DNA of 64,000 bases, from the IMG/VR virus record IMGVR_UViG_3300010938_000012, positions 1 to 64,000 of that record, one strand, 5' to 3'. The notes under the pieces were generated by a model, which worked only from the letters and a program-made list of their open reading frames with translations, was not told the DNA's origin and did no database searches. The number at the start of each line of letters is the position of its first letter. Positions within the stretch are counted from its first letter, which is position 1. This document shows, one piece after another, positions 19,007 to 28,157 of the stretch. The position numbers and the translations under genes were made by a program. Origin of the DNA: a virus.

Positions 19007-22000
19007 TTAGTTTACAATTAAATTGCCTTCAACTACATTATCACCAACCTGCAACCTCTCTGGGGTCGTGTTCCAAACAGTTACGACCGGGCCTCCGTCT
19101 ATTGTGTTTGGAGAGTTTACGTTGAAATCTGGCCCTTCCAGTTTTGAGCCTCGGTATCTGTGGTTGTTTGAAACAAAGCATTCGTTGTTTTGATAATTCC
19201 CACAAGCAAGGCTTCGGCTGTAATACATTCCGTAACTCATTGAAACGGCGGTGTGCCATTGCTTCAAGTACCTGCTCCCATATTCGCCAGAAGACGAATA
19301 GTGGTATATCACCCTGCTGTAACAACAGTTCGGTGTTGGGTTTTCATAGTAACTTTGGGTTTCGCACCGGCTTCCGCTATACTCGTTCGGAACAATGTCC
19401 AACAGCCCGCAAAGAGATGATGTAGAATTTGTGTTAAAGTGGCTCACAATAGAGCCTGTTACCCTTGTTGGGCCTGCTATCGACCCAGTAGTATAGACGT
19501 ACCTTGACAAAACATTAACTGGGCCTACTATTGAACCTGTTATGTAGCTGTATCTCGATTGAAGCGTAATTTGAACAGACGCGCTTGATTCGAGGCCTGT
19601 GTATTCTCCGCTGCTTGTCGGAACATAACTTGGTATCGTTTTTTCGAGTTGAGATGCTTCCACCTCTGGCCTCTTAGCCACTATTACCTTGTTCCTGTGC
19701 AACACCGGGTCTTCTATGAGGATACCAGAAATAAGGTCTGCTCTTCCGGGAACTAACTGCTTTATTTGCTCAAAAAAGGTATAGTCGTACAAGGCGAGCA
19801 AACGGATCAGTGTGTTCACATCGTTGTTCCTTGCATACTTCTGAAAGTATTCGTACCTGAACCTTCGCAGTTCGTCATACCCCTCTTTAAACTGATATTC
19901 TGGGTCTCCTATCCAAGTGTCAAGTTCTGCATATCCGGTGTGGTTGTATATCTCGTTGTTTACTTGGTCGTTGGGCGCAAATACGATAGCAAGCCTGTTT
20001 GAGTCAAACCCCGCTTTGTCAAATGCGCTTTTCTCGGCGCGGTTTGTTGGGCTCAGGTCTCGCGCGAGTGTCGAATCTTCAAGGCGTATTTTTTCAGACC
20101 TTAAAAGATTTCCCCCCAGACTTGGAGTGTATATGTAGAACGTCTCGTTGTCAGACGGATATTGAAGCGATTCAGGATATGCTGTAAACCCTTTGAAAGA
20201 TGCAGTGGTGTCAAAACTTGCCCTTCTGTTTGGCTGGCTGCTCGATACCTGCGTGTACGATCCGTGATCCCACCTTTGGGTGTCTATGCCAAGCGGGTAA
20301 TATTTGTGCAGCGTATAGAAACTGGAAGTCTCGGTATTTCCGTTATATGCTGCCGGGTTTAAAACGTGACTGTCAAATACAGAACCGGATATTACTTCAA
20401 AATACTCTTTGTATGCCTGTATGTTTCCTATAAACCTCGTGCTAAGCCCTGTCCCTGTTGCGCTTCCTGTAGTACCGCCGAGCAAAACAATGCTTTGCGA
20501 AGGCCTAAACCCGTAATACTGTCCCCACGACCTGTAAAAGCCCCTCGATGCCGTTGGAGGTGTGAGCTGTATAGATGAGGTGTGAGAAATCCTACCATAT
20601 AAACAATCGTTGACCTGTGATACCGATAAGCGTATAGGAGAAGTCAGGTTAGAGCCTGTCAAAACAGAATCCACCCCTATTGCGACTGTCCAAAAGTCGT
20701 CATTGTATAGTGGGAGATATGAAGACGAAGCGACCACATTTGTAAAAGCAGAACCGCTGCTGTCATAAGCCAGCGCGCTCAATTTCAAATACCCGTATTG
20801 GTTTGAACCAGAATACGACTCCGAAAAAGGGGGCTTCGTCCTGATGTGCGCCAATTCAAGATTCATGTTGGTTTCGCCACTAATGCCGTCCTTTACAGCC
20901 CAGAGCGACATAGAAGCAGACGACGATATTTCGGTCTTAAATCTAAACTCTATCGTATCAGTAACGCGCTCGCTTCCTCCCCACGACCCAGAAGTGACAG
21001 AAACAGGCCTTCTCGGTATTTCTATGTACTGGCTGCCGCTAACCTTTAGGCTGTAATAATACCTGTCTTCTATAAGGGTCGGCCTATCTAATATAGGACT
21101 CGGCCCTCCGTACTCTTTTATCCCTATCAAGGTTTGGGGTATGCCATAAATTGACATCAACGCCTTGATTGAACGGGCCGTGCCTTTTGTTTTGAGCAAG
21201 TAGGGAAGGTTGTTGACAATCCTTCTCCAAATCATGTGGGTCTGGTCTTCGTGAGACAGAGAAAACATAGACCCGGTGGAAGCAAACTGTCCTTGGTCGT
21301 TAGTTCCGAGCTTGTACTTCCACAAGTCGGCCAATTGTCGGGTATTCTGCAACTCCCAGCCGAAACTGGATGCGATTGAAGACAACAGGCCGTTGCTCAC
21401 GCCTCGTTTGGGGTGTTCCTCCTTGGTGTGGATTTGTGGCAGCGCGTTGATGTAGGCATACAGCAGATCGAAGTGCTCCCCTATCATTTCTACAAAAAGA
21501 ACATAATCACTGTTGCCGGGATCCATATAAACGTGTTCTGGTATTGACCAATACAACCTGTTTACATTATCCTCGTCAAATCTGCTGGCAGATGTTAATA
21601 GGTTCTGATACCACGTGTTTGTTATAGAAGAAGACACAGACCAGTTTACCCAAGAGCCTGATATTAACCTTTTAGGCCACGGCGTTATTGAGCCACTGAT
21701 ATCGTGGCTGAACAGGCTTGATGTCGGCTCGTAATAAGACCACCTCTCAAAAGGAGTAAAATTGGTTGTGATCTGGTCTATGCGCCTTCTGTTGAGGTCT
21801 ATTGCCCCAGAGATATAATAAGTGTTGCTTGCCGTTGAATTTAACAGCACTGCGATTGAGGACGAATATTCTTCAATCTTGCTTACTTTGTAGTGGAAGT
21901 TCCTCAACCTCTCCTCGGCAGAGGAGTAGAACACAAAGTTGTCAAAAGAAGTATAGTCTATGTTCAGGACAACTCCCGAACCTGACAGTGTCTTGTCTAT

Positions 22001-22801
22001 AATCCTCTGTGAGGTGCTAAGGTTTGCGTCAAGCAGTTCATCCCAACTTTTGTATGTTGTAGAATTAGACGAATACAGTGACGTATCTATATCGAAATTA
22101 GGGCCGCGCAGTTGGTTGACCTTGCCCGCTGCCGTTGGGTTTACGAGCAGAATAGTGTCAAGATACGGGTCTATGACCTCGAAGTCGAACCACGCTCGGT
22201 CTTTTTCCCCAATCTCATCAAATATTGGACGGTAAAGTTTTAAGTAAAACACACCGCCTTCTTCTTCATCGAACCAAACGTTTACAACCTTTTGTATTCT
22301 GTTGAAACCAAAGTTTATAACAAGGTTGTTTAGTATGTTGTTGTCGGAAAGCGATCGAACATAAGCCTTAAAAAAAGGAAACTCGGATAAATGTTTCTTA
22401 TCCACAGAAACCTTTATCTCCGTCCTGTCAGGGCTGATCTCCTTTACAAAAACCTTCCTATTGTCGAAGTCTCCCCATACGGCTTTGAAGCAGTTAACTG
22501 CAATGATATAAGAGCCTCGGCTTATACCCGCTTCTGAAAAAGTAGTGCGAATATCAACAAGCAGACTATTACTTACAGGTTCTAAAAAAGAATACTGTGC
22601 TGAGTGGTTTCCGATGAGATAATCACCATAAAAAGAATACACATGAAGTTCAGAACGCTGATTGTTAACGATATTAGGATCGTGTGGGATTAGCACCACA
22701 TCGTCAAGTATAGACAAATCTTGGTCAGACCACAACTGTCCGTACTGGACTTGTAGTTCTGATAAAATCTTTTCCTTGTTGATATACCTCTCTAAACTCA
22801 C
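19007..22801 (-). CDS. Large baseplate/virion structural protein (1264 aa)
   Basis: FVEMIGEHFD and IWRRIVNNLPYLLKTKGT..IKALMSIYG (wedge/tail-protein-like); Cys-rich C-terminus. Confidence 0.7.
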   Translation of the reverse strand: MSLERYINKEKILSELQVQYGQLWSDQDLSILDDVVLIPHDPNIVNNQRSELHVYSFYGDYLIGNHSAQYSFLEPVSNSLLVDIRTTFSEAGISRGSYIIAVNCFKAVWGDFDNRKVFVKEISPDRTEIKVSVDKKHLSEFPFFKAYVRSLSDNNILNNLVINFGFNRIQKVVNVWFDEEEGGVFYLKLYRPIFDEIGEKDRAWFDFEVIDPYLDTILLVNPTAAGKVNQLRGPNFDIDTSLYSSNSTTYKSWDELLDANLSTSQRIIDKTLSGSGVVLNIDYTSFDNFVFYSSAEERLRNFHYKVSKIEEYSSSIAVLLNSTASNTYYISGAIDLNRRRIDQITTNFTPFERWSYYEPTSSLFSHDISGSITPWPKRLISGSWVNWSVSSSITNTWYQNLLTSASRFDEDNVNRLYWSIPEHVYMDPGNSDYVLFVEMIGEHFDLLYAYINALPQIHTKEEHPKRGVSNGLLSSIASSFGWELQNTRQLADLWKYKLGTNDQGQFASTGSMFSLSHEDQTHMIWRRIVNNLPYLLKTKGTARSIKALMSIYGIPQTLIGIKEYGGPSPILDRPTLIEDRYYYSLKVSGSQYIEIPRRPVSVTSGSWGGSERVTDTIEFRFKTEISSSASMSLWAVKDGISGETNMNLELAHIRTKPPFSESYSGSNQYGYLKLSALAYDSSGSAFTNVVASSSYLPLYNDDFWTVAIGVDSVLTGSNLTSPIRLSVSQVNDCLYGRISHTSSIQLTPPTASRGFYRSWGQYYGFRPSQSIVLLGGTTGSATGTGLSTRFIGNIQAYKEYFEVISGSVFDSHVLNPAAYNGNTETSSFYTLHKYYPLGIDTQRWDHGSYTQVSSSQPNRRASFDTTASFKGFTAYPESLQYPSDNETFYIYTPSLGGNLLRSEKIRLEDSTLARDLSPTNRAEKSAFDKAGFDSNRLAIVFAPNDQVNNEIYNHTGYAELDTWIGDPEYQFKEGYDELRRFRYEYFQKYARNNDVNTLIRLLALYDYTFFEQIKQLVPGRADLISGILIEDPVLHRNKVIVAKRPEVEASQLEKTIPSYVPTSSGEYTGLESSASVQITLQSRYSYITGSIVGPVNVLSRYVYTTGSIAGPTRVTGSIVSHFNTNSTSSLCGLLDIVPNEYSGSRCETQSYYENPTPNCCYSRVIYHYSSSGEYGSRYLKQWHTAVSMSYGMYYSRSLACGNYQNNECFVSNNHRYRGSKLEGPDFNVNSPNTIDGGPVVTVWNTTPERLQVGDNVVEGNLIVN

Positions 22802-22815
22802 TCATTTCTCCTAAT

Positions 22816-23484
22816 TTATAATGTTGTACTCCTCATATCATCCCCCCCATCTATCAACTCTCCGTTATAATACCCAACCTTTTCAAAATCAAAACCATGA
22901 AGAACGGCTATCTTCTGTTCAGGGAAATTGCCGTATGTCATGTAAACGGCTGCCTGACCTACCACTTCCGTAAATATAGCAGGAATTGCTTCTTTAGGAA
23001 GCAGTTTTGCGTGTAGATTATAAGCATTTAGTTCGCCTTTTCCAAAAGGAAAGCCCCCTTTTATGTGAATCAGATAGTCGTGTACAAACCTGAACACTAT
23101 GTTATCTTCCACAGAAAATAAAGGGTGGTCTGAATAATCTATTGAAACGTACAGCCTTCAGTTTTTTGAGTAGTCCTCTTTCATCTTTGCCTGATTGGGA
23201 TATGGCTCGGATGTTAAGTGAACGAGTTTGAAAGTTTTTGAACCTATCTTTATCTCGTCTTTTGAAACTGCGTTCTCTGAATAGAATATAAGTTCAACTT
23301 CGTTGCAAATCCTGTTAAACCACTGATAATTTGATTTGTTTAGAGCAACCCAATGCTTAGACACGCCCGGCTCTTTTAAGGGAGCAGCATTCTATGCGTC
23401 TGCTACGGCTTTAAGATAGTTTTATGGCTTTTTCACTACCACCTTTTCAAAAACTATCTCACTCAACAACTTCTTTAGTTTCAT
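22816..23484 (-). pseudogene. Gene broken by three in-frame stops (TAA, TAG, TGA)
   Basis: One frame: MKLKKLLSE..KP*NY..DA*NAAP..KN*RLYV..HPLFS..FRFVHD..FTEVVGQ..QK. SD retained. Confidence 0.8.
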
Positions 23485-23492
23485 TAAACTCC

Positions 23493-23879
23493 TCACTCTT
23501 CTTGATATGGCTGATAATTCGGGTGTTTATATAAAAACCTGTTGCCTGAAGATGTTTTGATAGCGATTATATTCGCTGTCGAAATGCCAACTCCTCCCAT
23601 ACTACTTGAGTTGTGTACAAGGATTGGTATTTTTATCTGGCCAGAAGAGCGTCCCACTCTGCCGGTAATATCGTAACGGTCTCCCCAACTCTTGCCTGTC
23701 TTCGGGTCCCCAAGGTCAAGCGTAATCCTTCGTCCGCTCTGCCTAACTGCCTCAAGCACATCAATAACTGCTTGTGGCGTTTTTTTATCGTATGCTGTGC
23801 CGTTTACAAAGGTGTATTTGTCTTCTTCGGCTTCTTTGATTATTTGTTCGACAATGGCTTTTAATTTACTCATGGTCAA
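23493..23879 (-). CDS. Hypothetical protein with a KLKAIVEQIIKE leader
   Basis: ORF with SD AGGAG. Confidence 0.7.
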   Translation of the reverse strand: MTMSKLKAIVEQIIKEAEEDKYTFVNGTAYDKKTPQAVIDVLEAVRQSGRRITLDLGDPKTGKSWGDRYDITGRVGRSSGQIKIPILVHNSSSMGGVGISTANIIAIKTSSGNRFLYKHPNYQPYQEE

Positions 23880-23969
23880 CTCCTTTAATAGTGTATTTTA
23901 TTTTTGTCATTTTTAATTCCTTGCATGGGTATTTCTAATATTATTATAATCTACTCAGTTATCGCCTTA

Positions 23970-24821
23970 TTAACTGCTTAATTCTGCAAGTTTTGCGTCC
24001 GCCTGCGCTTTGGCGGCTTCTGCTGCTGCTTGTGCTGCGTTTGCTTCTGCTATTGCTGCTTGGCTTGCGGCTTCTGCTGCTTTTGCCTTTGCCTCCGATG
24101 CCTGTGCCTCTGCTTTTGCTTTCTCTTCTGCTGCTTTAACTGCGGCGATTTGTTCTGCTGCTGCGGCTTTCGCCCCTTCTGCTATTGCTGCACCGGACTT
24201 TGTGTTTGCGTCAAGTTTCTTGAGCAGTTCAGCATTTGTCTTGTCACTAAAATCTTCTGTCCAAGCCCCAGACTTGTCTGGTATCTCTCCGTCCGCGTCT
24301 GTTGCCTCTTCTATCTGAATGCACTGCGATTCTGGTATAACCCTGACAGACAGCAACGTTATTCCGCGCTGTGCCATCATAACTTCGAGTGTTTTGTAGT
24401 TTGGTATCTTTCTCTTTTTCCCATCTTCGATAATCCAGTATGTATAGTCCTCCTTTGGCAGTGGGAGGGAGGTCTTGTCAAAACACCTGAATATCTGTCC
24501 CTCTATAAGGGTGAACCTGTCCGGTTCAACAACTGCTGGTGGGACAAAATACCCAAAACTTGTATCCGTGTAATCTTTAAGGTTTTGGTCAGTTACAAAC
24601 ACTTTCTTTGGGATGTAGTTAAGATAGACTTTTTCTTTGTCGGTAGGGAGTTCGTATGCCCCAGCCCCATTTCTCTTAGATAAGGTGTAGTTCCTTGCGC
24701 TTATTCCATCTTGCGCAACAAAGTCATAGGTCTGGCCTTCCTGCGGTATCAAATACTGCAAGAGTTTAGAGTTTGAGGTAAACTGGTCTAAGTATGTTAT
24801 TTCATTTATTGATAATGTCAT
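23970..24821 (-). CDS. Protein with an Ala/Glu/Lys-rich coiled-coil C-terminus
   Basis: AEAKAKAAEAASQAA repeats. Confidence 0.75.
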   Translation of the reverse strand: MTLSINEITYLDQFTSNSKLLQYLIPQEGQTYDFVAQDGISARNYTLSKRNGAGAYELPTDKEKVYLNYIPKKVFVTDQNLKDYTDTSFGYFVPPAVVEPDRFTLIEGQIFRCFDKTSLPLPKEDYTYWIIEDGKKRKIPNYKTLEVMMAQRGITLLSVRVIPESQCIQIEEATDADGEIPDKSGAWTEDFSDKTNAELLKKLDANTKSGAAIAEGAKAAAAEQIAAVKAAEEKAKAEAQASEAKAKAAEAASQAAIAEANAAQAAAEAAKAQADAKLAELSS

Positions 24822-25366
24822 GCCTTAAATTCCTTCTCCTTCGTGCTGTTTGTCATATCCTTGCCATCAACAGTATGATTTGTCAATCCTGTGTTTGCTC
24901 CTTTTTTCAACCTTATTTCCTATCATCTGCTTGGTCTGTTTCAAGTTTAATTGTAAACGTTTTTACCTAATCTATGCCACTATTAGGCACTGTACACTGC
25001 ATTAACACTTCTATGTTTCCAGAATCTCCGAAATACTGCTGGGCTGCTTCTTTCTCATAAGCCCAAAATATGCCAAGATTAGTATTACCATTTAAGCCCA
25101 GATTCGTCAACAGACATAAATCTACATAAAACAATCTCATTACTCTTTATATAGTCATATAATCTTCCATATAACTCTTCAAATAATCCGCTCACATATT
25201 ATTTAAACTCTTCGGAGGATTTGTCAGGAATACTTTCGTCTTCAAAACCATCTGAAAACCCTCTTTGTGGGCTGTCCAAATCATTATCATTTCCCAACTC
25301 TTCGTACACCTCTTCAAAAGAAACGTCTTCTTTTAGTATCGTCTTTAAGGCTGTTTTTAACTTCAT
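24818..25366 (-). pseudogene. Decayed gene with an MKLKTALKTILKE leader
   Basis: In-frame TAA at about 25200, two frameshifts and a TAG; remnants LGIFWAY, GID*VKT, EIRLKKG; last stop overlaps the next ATG. Confidence 0.7.
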
Positions 25367-25367
25367 A

Positions 25368-26492
25368 TTACTTCCTTACAATGAAAATGTAATTGTCATC
25401 GGTAATCCTTACCGTATCTCCACCATCAAACTCCGATTTGAATACGAACTTATAATATCTCTCCGGCATGAGGCTACTAATGTCGGCCTGAAACCAGTTT
25501 CCATTACTGTCACAGTTTATCTTTGTACCTAAATCGTCAAATGGAACAATGACCTCGCTCGTATCAACATCTTGTATTTGGTAGTACGAACTTGTTGGCA
25601 ATCTTTTGCTGTTCAGATATACGCTCGATGTTGCATACGCTTGGGCTGGGTATCGCTCCCTAACCCCAAGTCGAACCTTTGGCTTTTCTTCCTGCTTATA
25701 TGCGTCTCTTAGGTTCTTCGTGTACAAGACAAAATCATCAGTCCCTATCTCTGTGAATGAGCCTGTTCCTGATAAATTTGAACTGTCCCACACGACATCT
25801 AACCTTGGTGTAAATATTGTATGGCTTTCGACGCTAAAGAACTTTATGCTTCCAAATATTGTAGTGTCCTGTTCGAGCGTATCGCTAAGTTTGACAATAA
25901 ATCCGTTGTTTTGTATCGAGCCTGAAAGCCATCTTCGCACTATATCTGTCACATCCATCCTTACATCTGGAGACTCGTGATTAAAACTTTGACTGCAAAC
26001 AGAACTTGTGTACCAGTTACCGCCTCCCGGTACAGTGTTATAAGACCCCGTTGCTGTCGTGTTATATGAACCTGTTGACCACTGTATCGCACCGTTCTTG
26101 GAATCTCTATACTTCCAAGAAACCCCATCTGTGATAATAGGGTTGTTGTTGAAAAACCCCCTGCCGTCCGTCCAAGAGCCGGACACAGGATATGCGTACA
26201 GCGTATAGGCAATAGGCAGAGTTCTTGCCTCTGTTGCCCTCAAGTTCAAGTAGAACCTTGCGCTTGAGTTTATCTTTCCGCTAACAATTGAAGAGGAAAT
26301 GTCCGTAATATCGAATTGTATTAATAACCTGCTGTTGTATGTAGCGGAGTAATATACCGTGTCATCCCCTTCCAGCGAAGGCGCGCCGAGGGTGTTCTTA
26401 GAAACCTCTAAGATTTGGTCTTGAGAGGTGTTTTGCTCTGGACTTTTTGAGTATAGTGTGCTATCCTTAGTGGGGTACAAAATCTTATACAT
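25368..26492 (-). CDS. Virion structural protein (DNRLRE-like N-terminal domain)
   Basis: DSTLYS..NT..DQILEV, SRLLIQFD, MDVTDIV..W, PRLDVVW. Confidence 0.65.
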   Translation of the reverse strand: MYKILYPTKDSTLYSKSPEQNTSQDQILEVSKNTLGAPSLEGDDTVYYSATYNSRLLIQFDITDISSSIVSGKINSSARFYLNLRATEARTLPIAYTLYAYPVSGSWTDGRGFFNNNPIITDGVSWKYRDSKNGAIQWSTGSYNTTATGSYNTVPGGGNWYTSSVCSQSFNHESPDVRMDVTDIVRRWLSGSIQNNGFIVKLSDTLEQDTTIFGSIKFFSVESHTIFTPRLDVVWDSSNLSGTGSFTEIGTDDFVLYTKNLRDAYKQEEKPKVRLGVRERYPAQAYATSSVYLNSKRLPTSSYYQIQDVDTSEVIVPFDDLGTKINCDSNGNWFQADISSLMPERYYKFVFKSEFDGGDTVRITDDNYIFIVRK

Positions 26493-26556
26493 GTTTCCAA
26501 CTCTCCCATTCTATATCAGTTGAGTTAATTCTCTTTTTACAAATTCTTGTAGCACC

Positions 26557-26943
26557 TTACTTTTCCATGTATTTTTCTACTTGTTTGTACGCTTTTATTG
26601 CCTCGTCCCTCGGCAGCCCAATCTTAATAACCGGTATCTCTGTGTCAGGGTCTATAACCTGATAAGCAAGTTGTCTGTGGTGTCCGTCAACTATATAATT
26701 ATCCTCCGAAATTACTATTGGAGGGGTGCTTAAACCTTTGCTAATTCTTCTCGTCAAGGCCATGACCTTCTTTTTTTCCACACTCTTCTGGGAATGTCTC
26801 AACCTTTGCGGAAGCATGTTAACAACCTCTACCGGTATCCCTGCCCCCTTCAAAATAGAAAAAGCATCCTTTAGGTCTGAACCTTGGATTTGAGGCATAT
26901 CTGCTCGGTTATATATTGACTCCAAAATGTTTTTTAGTTTCAT
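26557..26943 (-). CDS. ParB/Srx-like domain protein with an MKLKNILE leader
   Basis: PPIVISEDNYIVDGHHR. Confidence 0.8.
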   Translation of the reverse strand: MKLKNILESIYNRADMPQIQGSDLKDAFSILKGAGIPVEVVNMLPQRLRHSQKSVEKKKVMALTRRISKGLSTPPIVISEDNYIVDGHHRQLAYQVIDPDTEIPVIKIGLPRDEAIKAYKQVEKYMEK

Positions 26944-27752
26944 CAGTTGCCTTTCATTTTATCAATAAACAAATTAACCTTGTCGGCTAAGTTTGGAAAC
27001 TCTTGAGTGCCAAAGAAACTTAAAGCAAAGACCTCGGCAAACTGCTCACCATCGTGCATAGTGTCAGCCGTAGAGTATTTAGTAGTCGCCCACTGACTGT
27101 AAACAAACCAACTTGGGACTTTAACCTTGTATTCAAATCTGTGTCCAAGTTCGTGGATGATAATGTAAGGTAGACTCGCATATTTAGTAGAGTTTACCTC
27201 TCTCGTGTAAGTTTCCGAAATCCAAATTTCGTCCAATTGAGATTTGTAAGCGGCTTTTGCCCTAAGTTTATCAGCCTTAACAAATCGTACAACTAAATCC
27301 CCAACAAGAGCCTTTTTGTGAAAGCCGGACAACCTTGAAAGTAGGTTGTCTATTATGTTGGCAGTTTCTTTGAACCTCTTCTCTGCCATAAGTGATTCGT
27401 TCACAAAAGTCGCAGACTTTAACTTCAACTCGGACACTGTATTAGCAGCATCCTTCTTTGAAAATATGTTATCAACGATACTATCTATATCTTTTTCCTT
27501 CCAGTAATAAAAAGTTGCGTATACAGGCTGTGGCAATTTATTGTAATCTTTGTAAAACTTAACCGAGTCTTTTAAATACTTTATCCTATCGAACAGGTCT
27601 TTGAACCCTCTCGGTGCTTTGCCAGTAGTATTGAAGTTTGAAATCCAATCAACAAACAAATCTGCCTTCGAGTCGTCGAAAGGTATTAGTTTATATCCTA
27701 TCTTTTTCATCTCATCAGAAGTTATTTCCGACAACAAGGCTTTTAGTTTCAT
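26943..27752 (-). CDS. Zincin-like metallopeptidase with an MKLKALLSE leader
   Basis: IIHELGH ... EQFAEVF. Start placed at ATG 27752. Confidence 0.7.
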   Translation of the reverse strand: MKLKALLSEITSDEMKKIGYKLIPFDDSKADLFVDWISNFNTTGKAPRGFKDLFDRIKYLKDSVKFYKDYNKLPQPVYATFYYWKEKDIDSIVDNIFSKKDAANTVSELKLKSATFVNESLMAEKRFKETANIIDNLLSRLSGFHKKALVGDLVVRFVKADKLRAKAAYKSQLDEIWISETYTREVNSTKYASLPYIIIHELGHRFEYKVKVPSWFVYSQWATTKYSTADTMHDGEQFAEVFALSFFGTQEFPNLADKVNLFIDKMKGN

Positions 27753-28096
27753 ATCATCTCCAATTCGATGAAGTAAGAAAACATATCCCAACCATCATCG
27801 TTTAATTTTGCTGACTTTTTGATATTCTCTTCCCACGGAATAAATCTCAAGTTTCTTATATCTCCTACCACACTTGCAGGTATCCCATTTATAAACCCTT
27901 GTTTTATTGAATAAACATGGTCTAAGTGATATGCTCCTGCTACACCCGCTAATCCTCTTTTTTCGTAATTTTCCAAAAGTGTTATAGGTTGTTGGTTGGT
28001 GTGTTTATTTACTTCAATTCTATACTTCTTAAACTCTGATTTAGTGCTTAAATACTCCTCGTAAGTTATCCCATATTCTCTTAAAATACCTAACAC
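27749..28096 (-). pseudogene. Truncated HNH endonuclease
   Basis: YHLDHVYSI..GF..NLRFIPWEENIKK; N-terminus lost. Confidence 0.6.
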
Positions 28097-28157
28097 TTTT
28101 CCATTTAACTCCCCAAATCTCCCAAGACCTGTTTTTGCGTTTTTTTCTCATAGGTTA

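Noticed and set aside
24010-24683. Plus-strand Ala-rich and Cys-rich ORFs
   Set aside because: Antisense shadows of the GCA-rich Ala/Glu/Lys repeat in 23970-24821.
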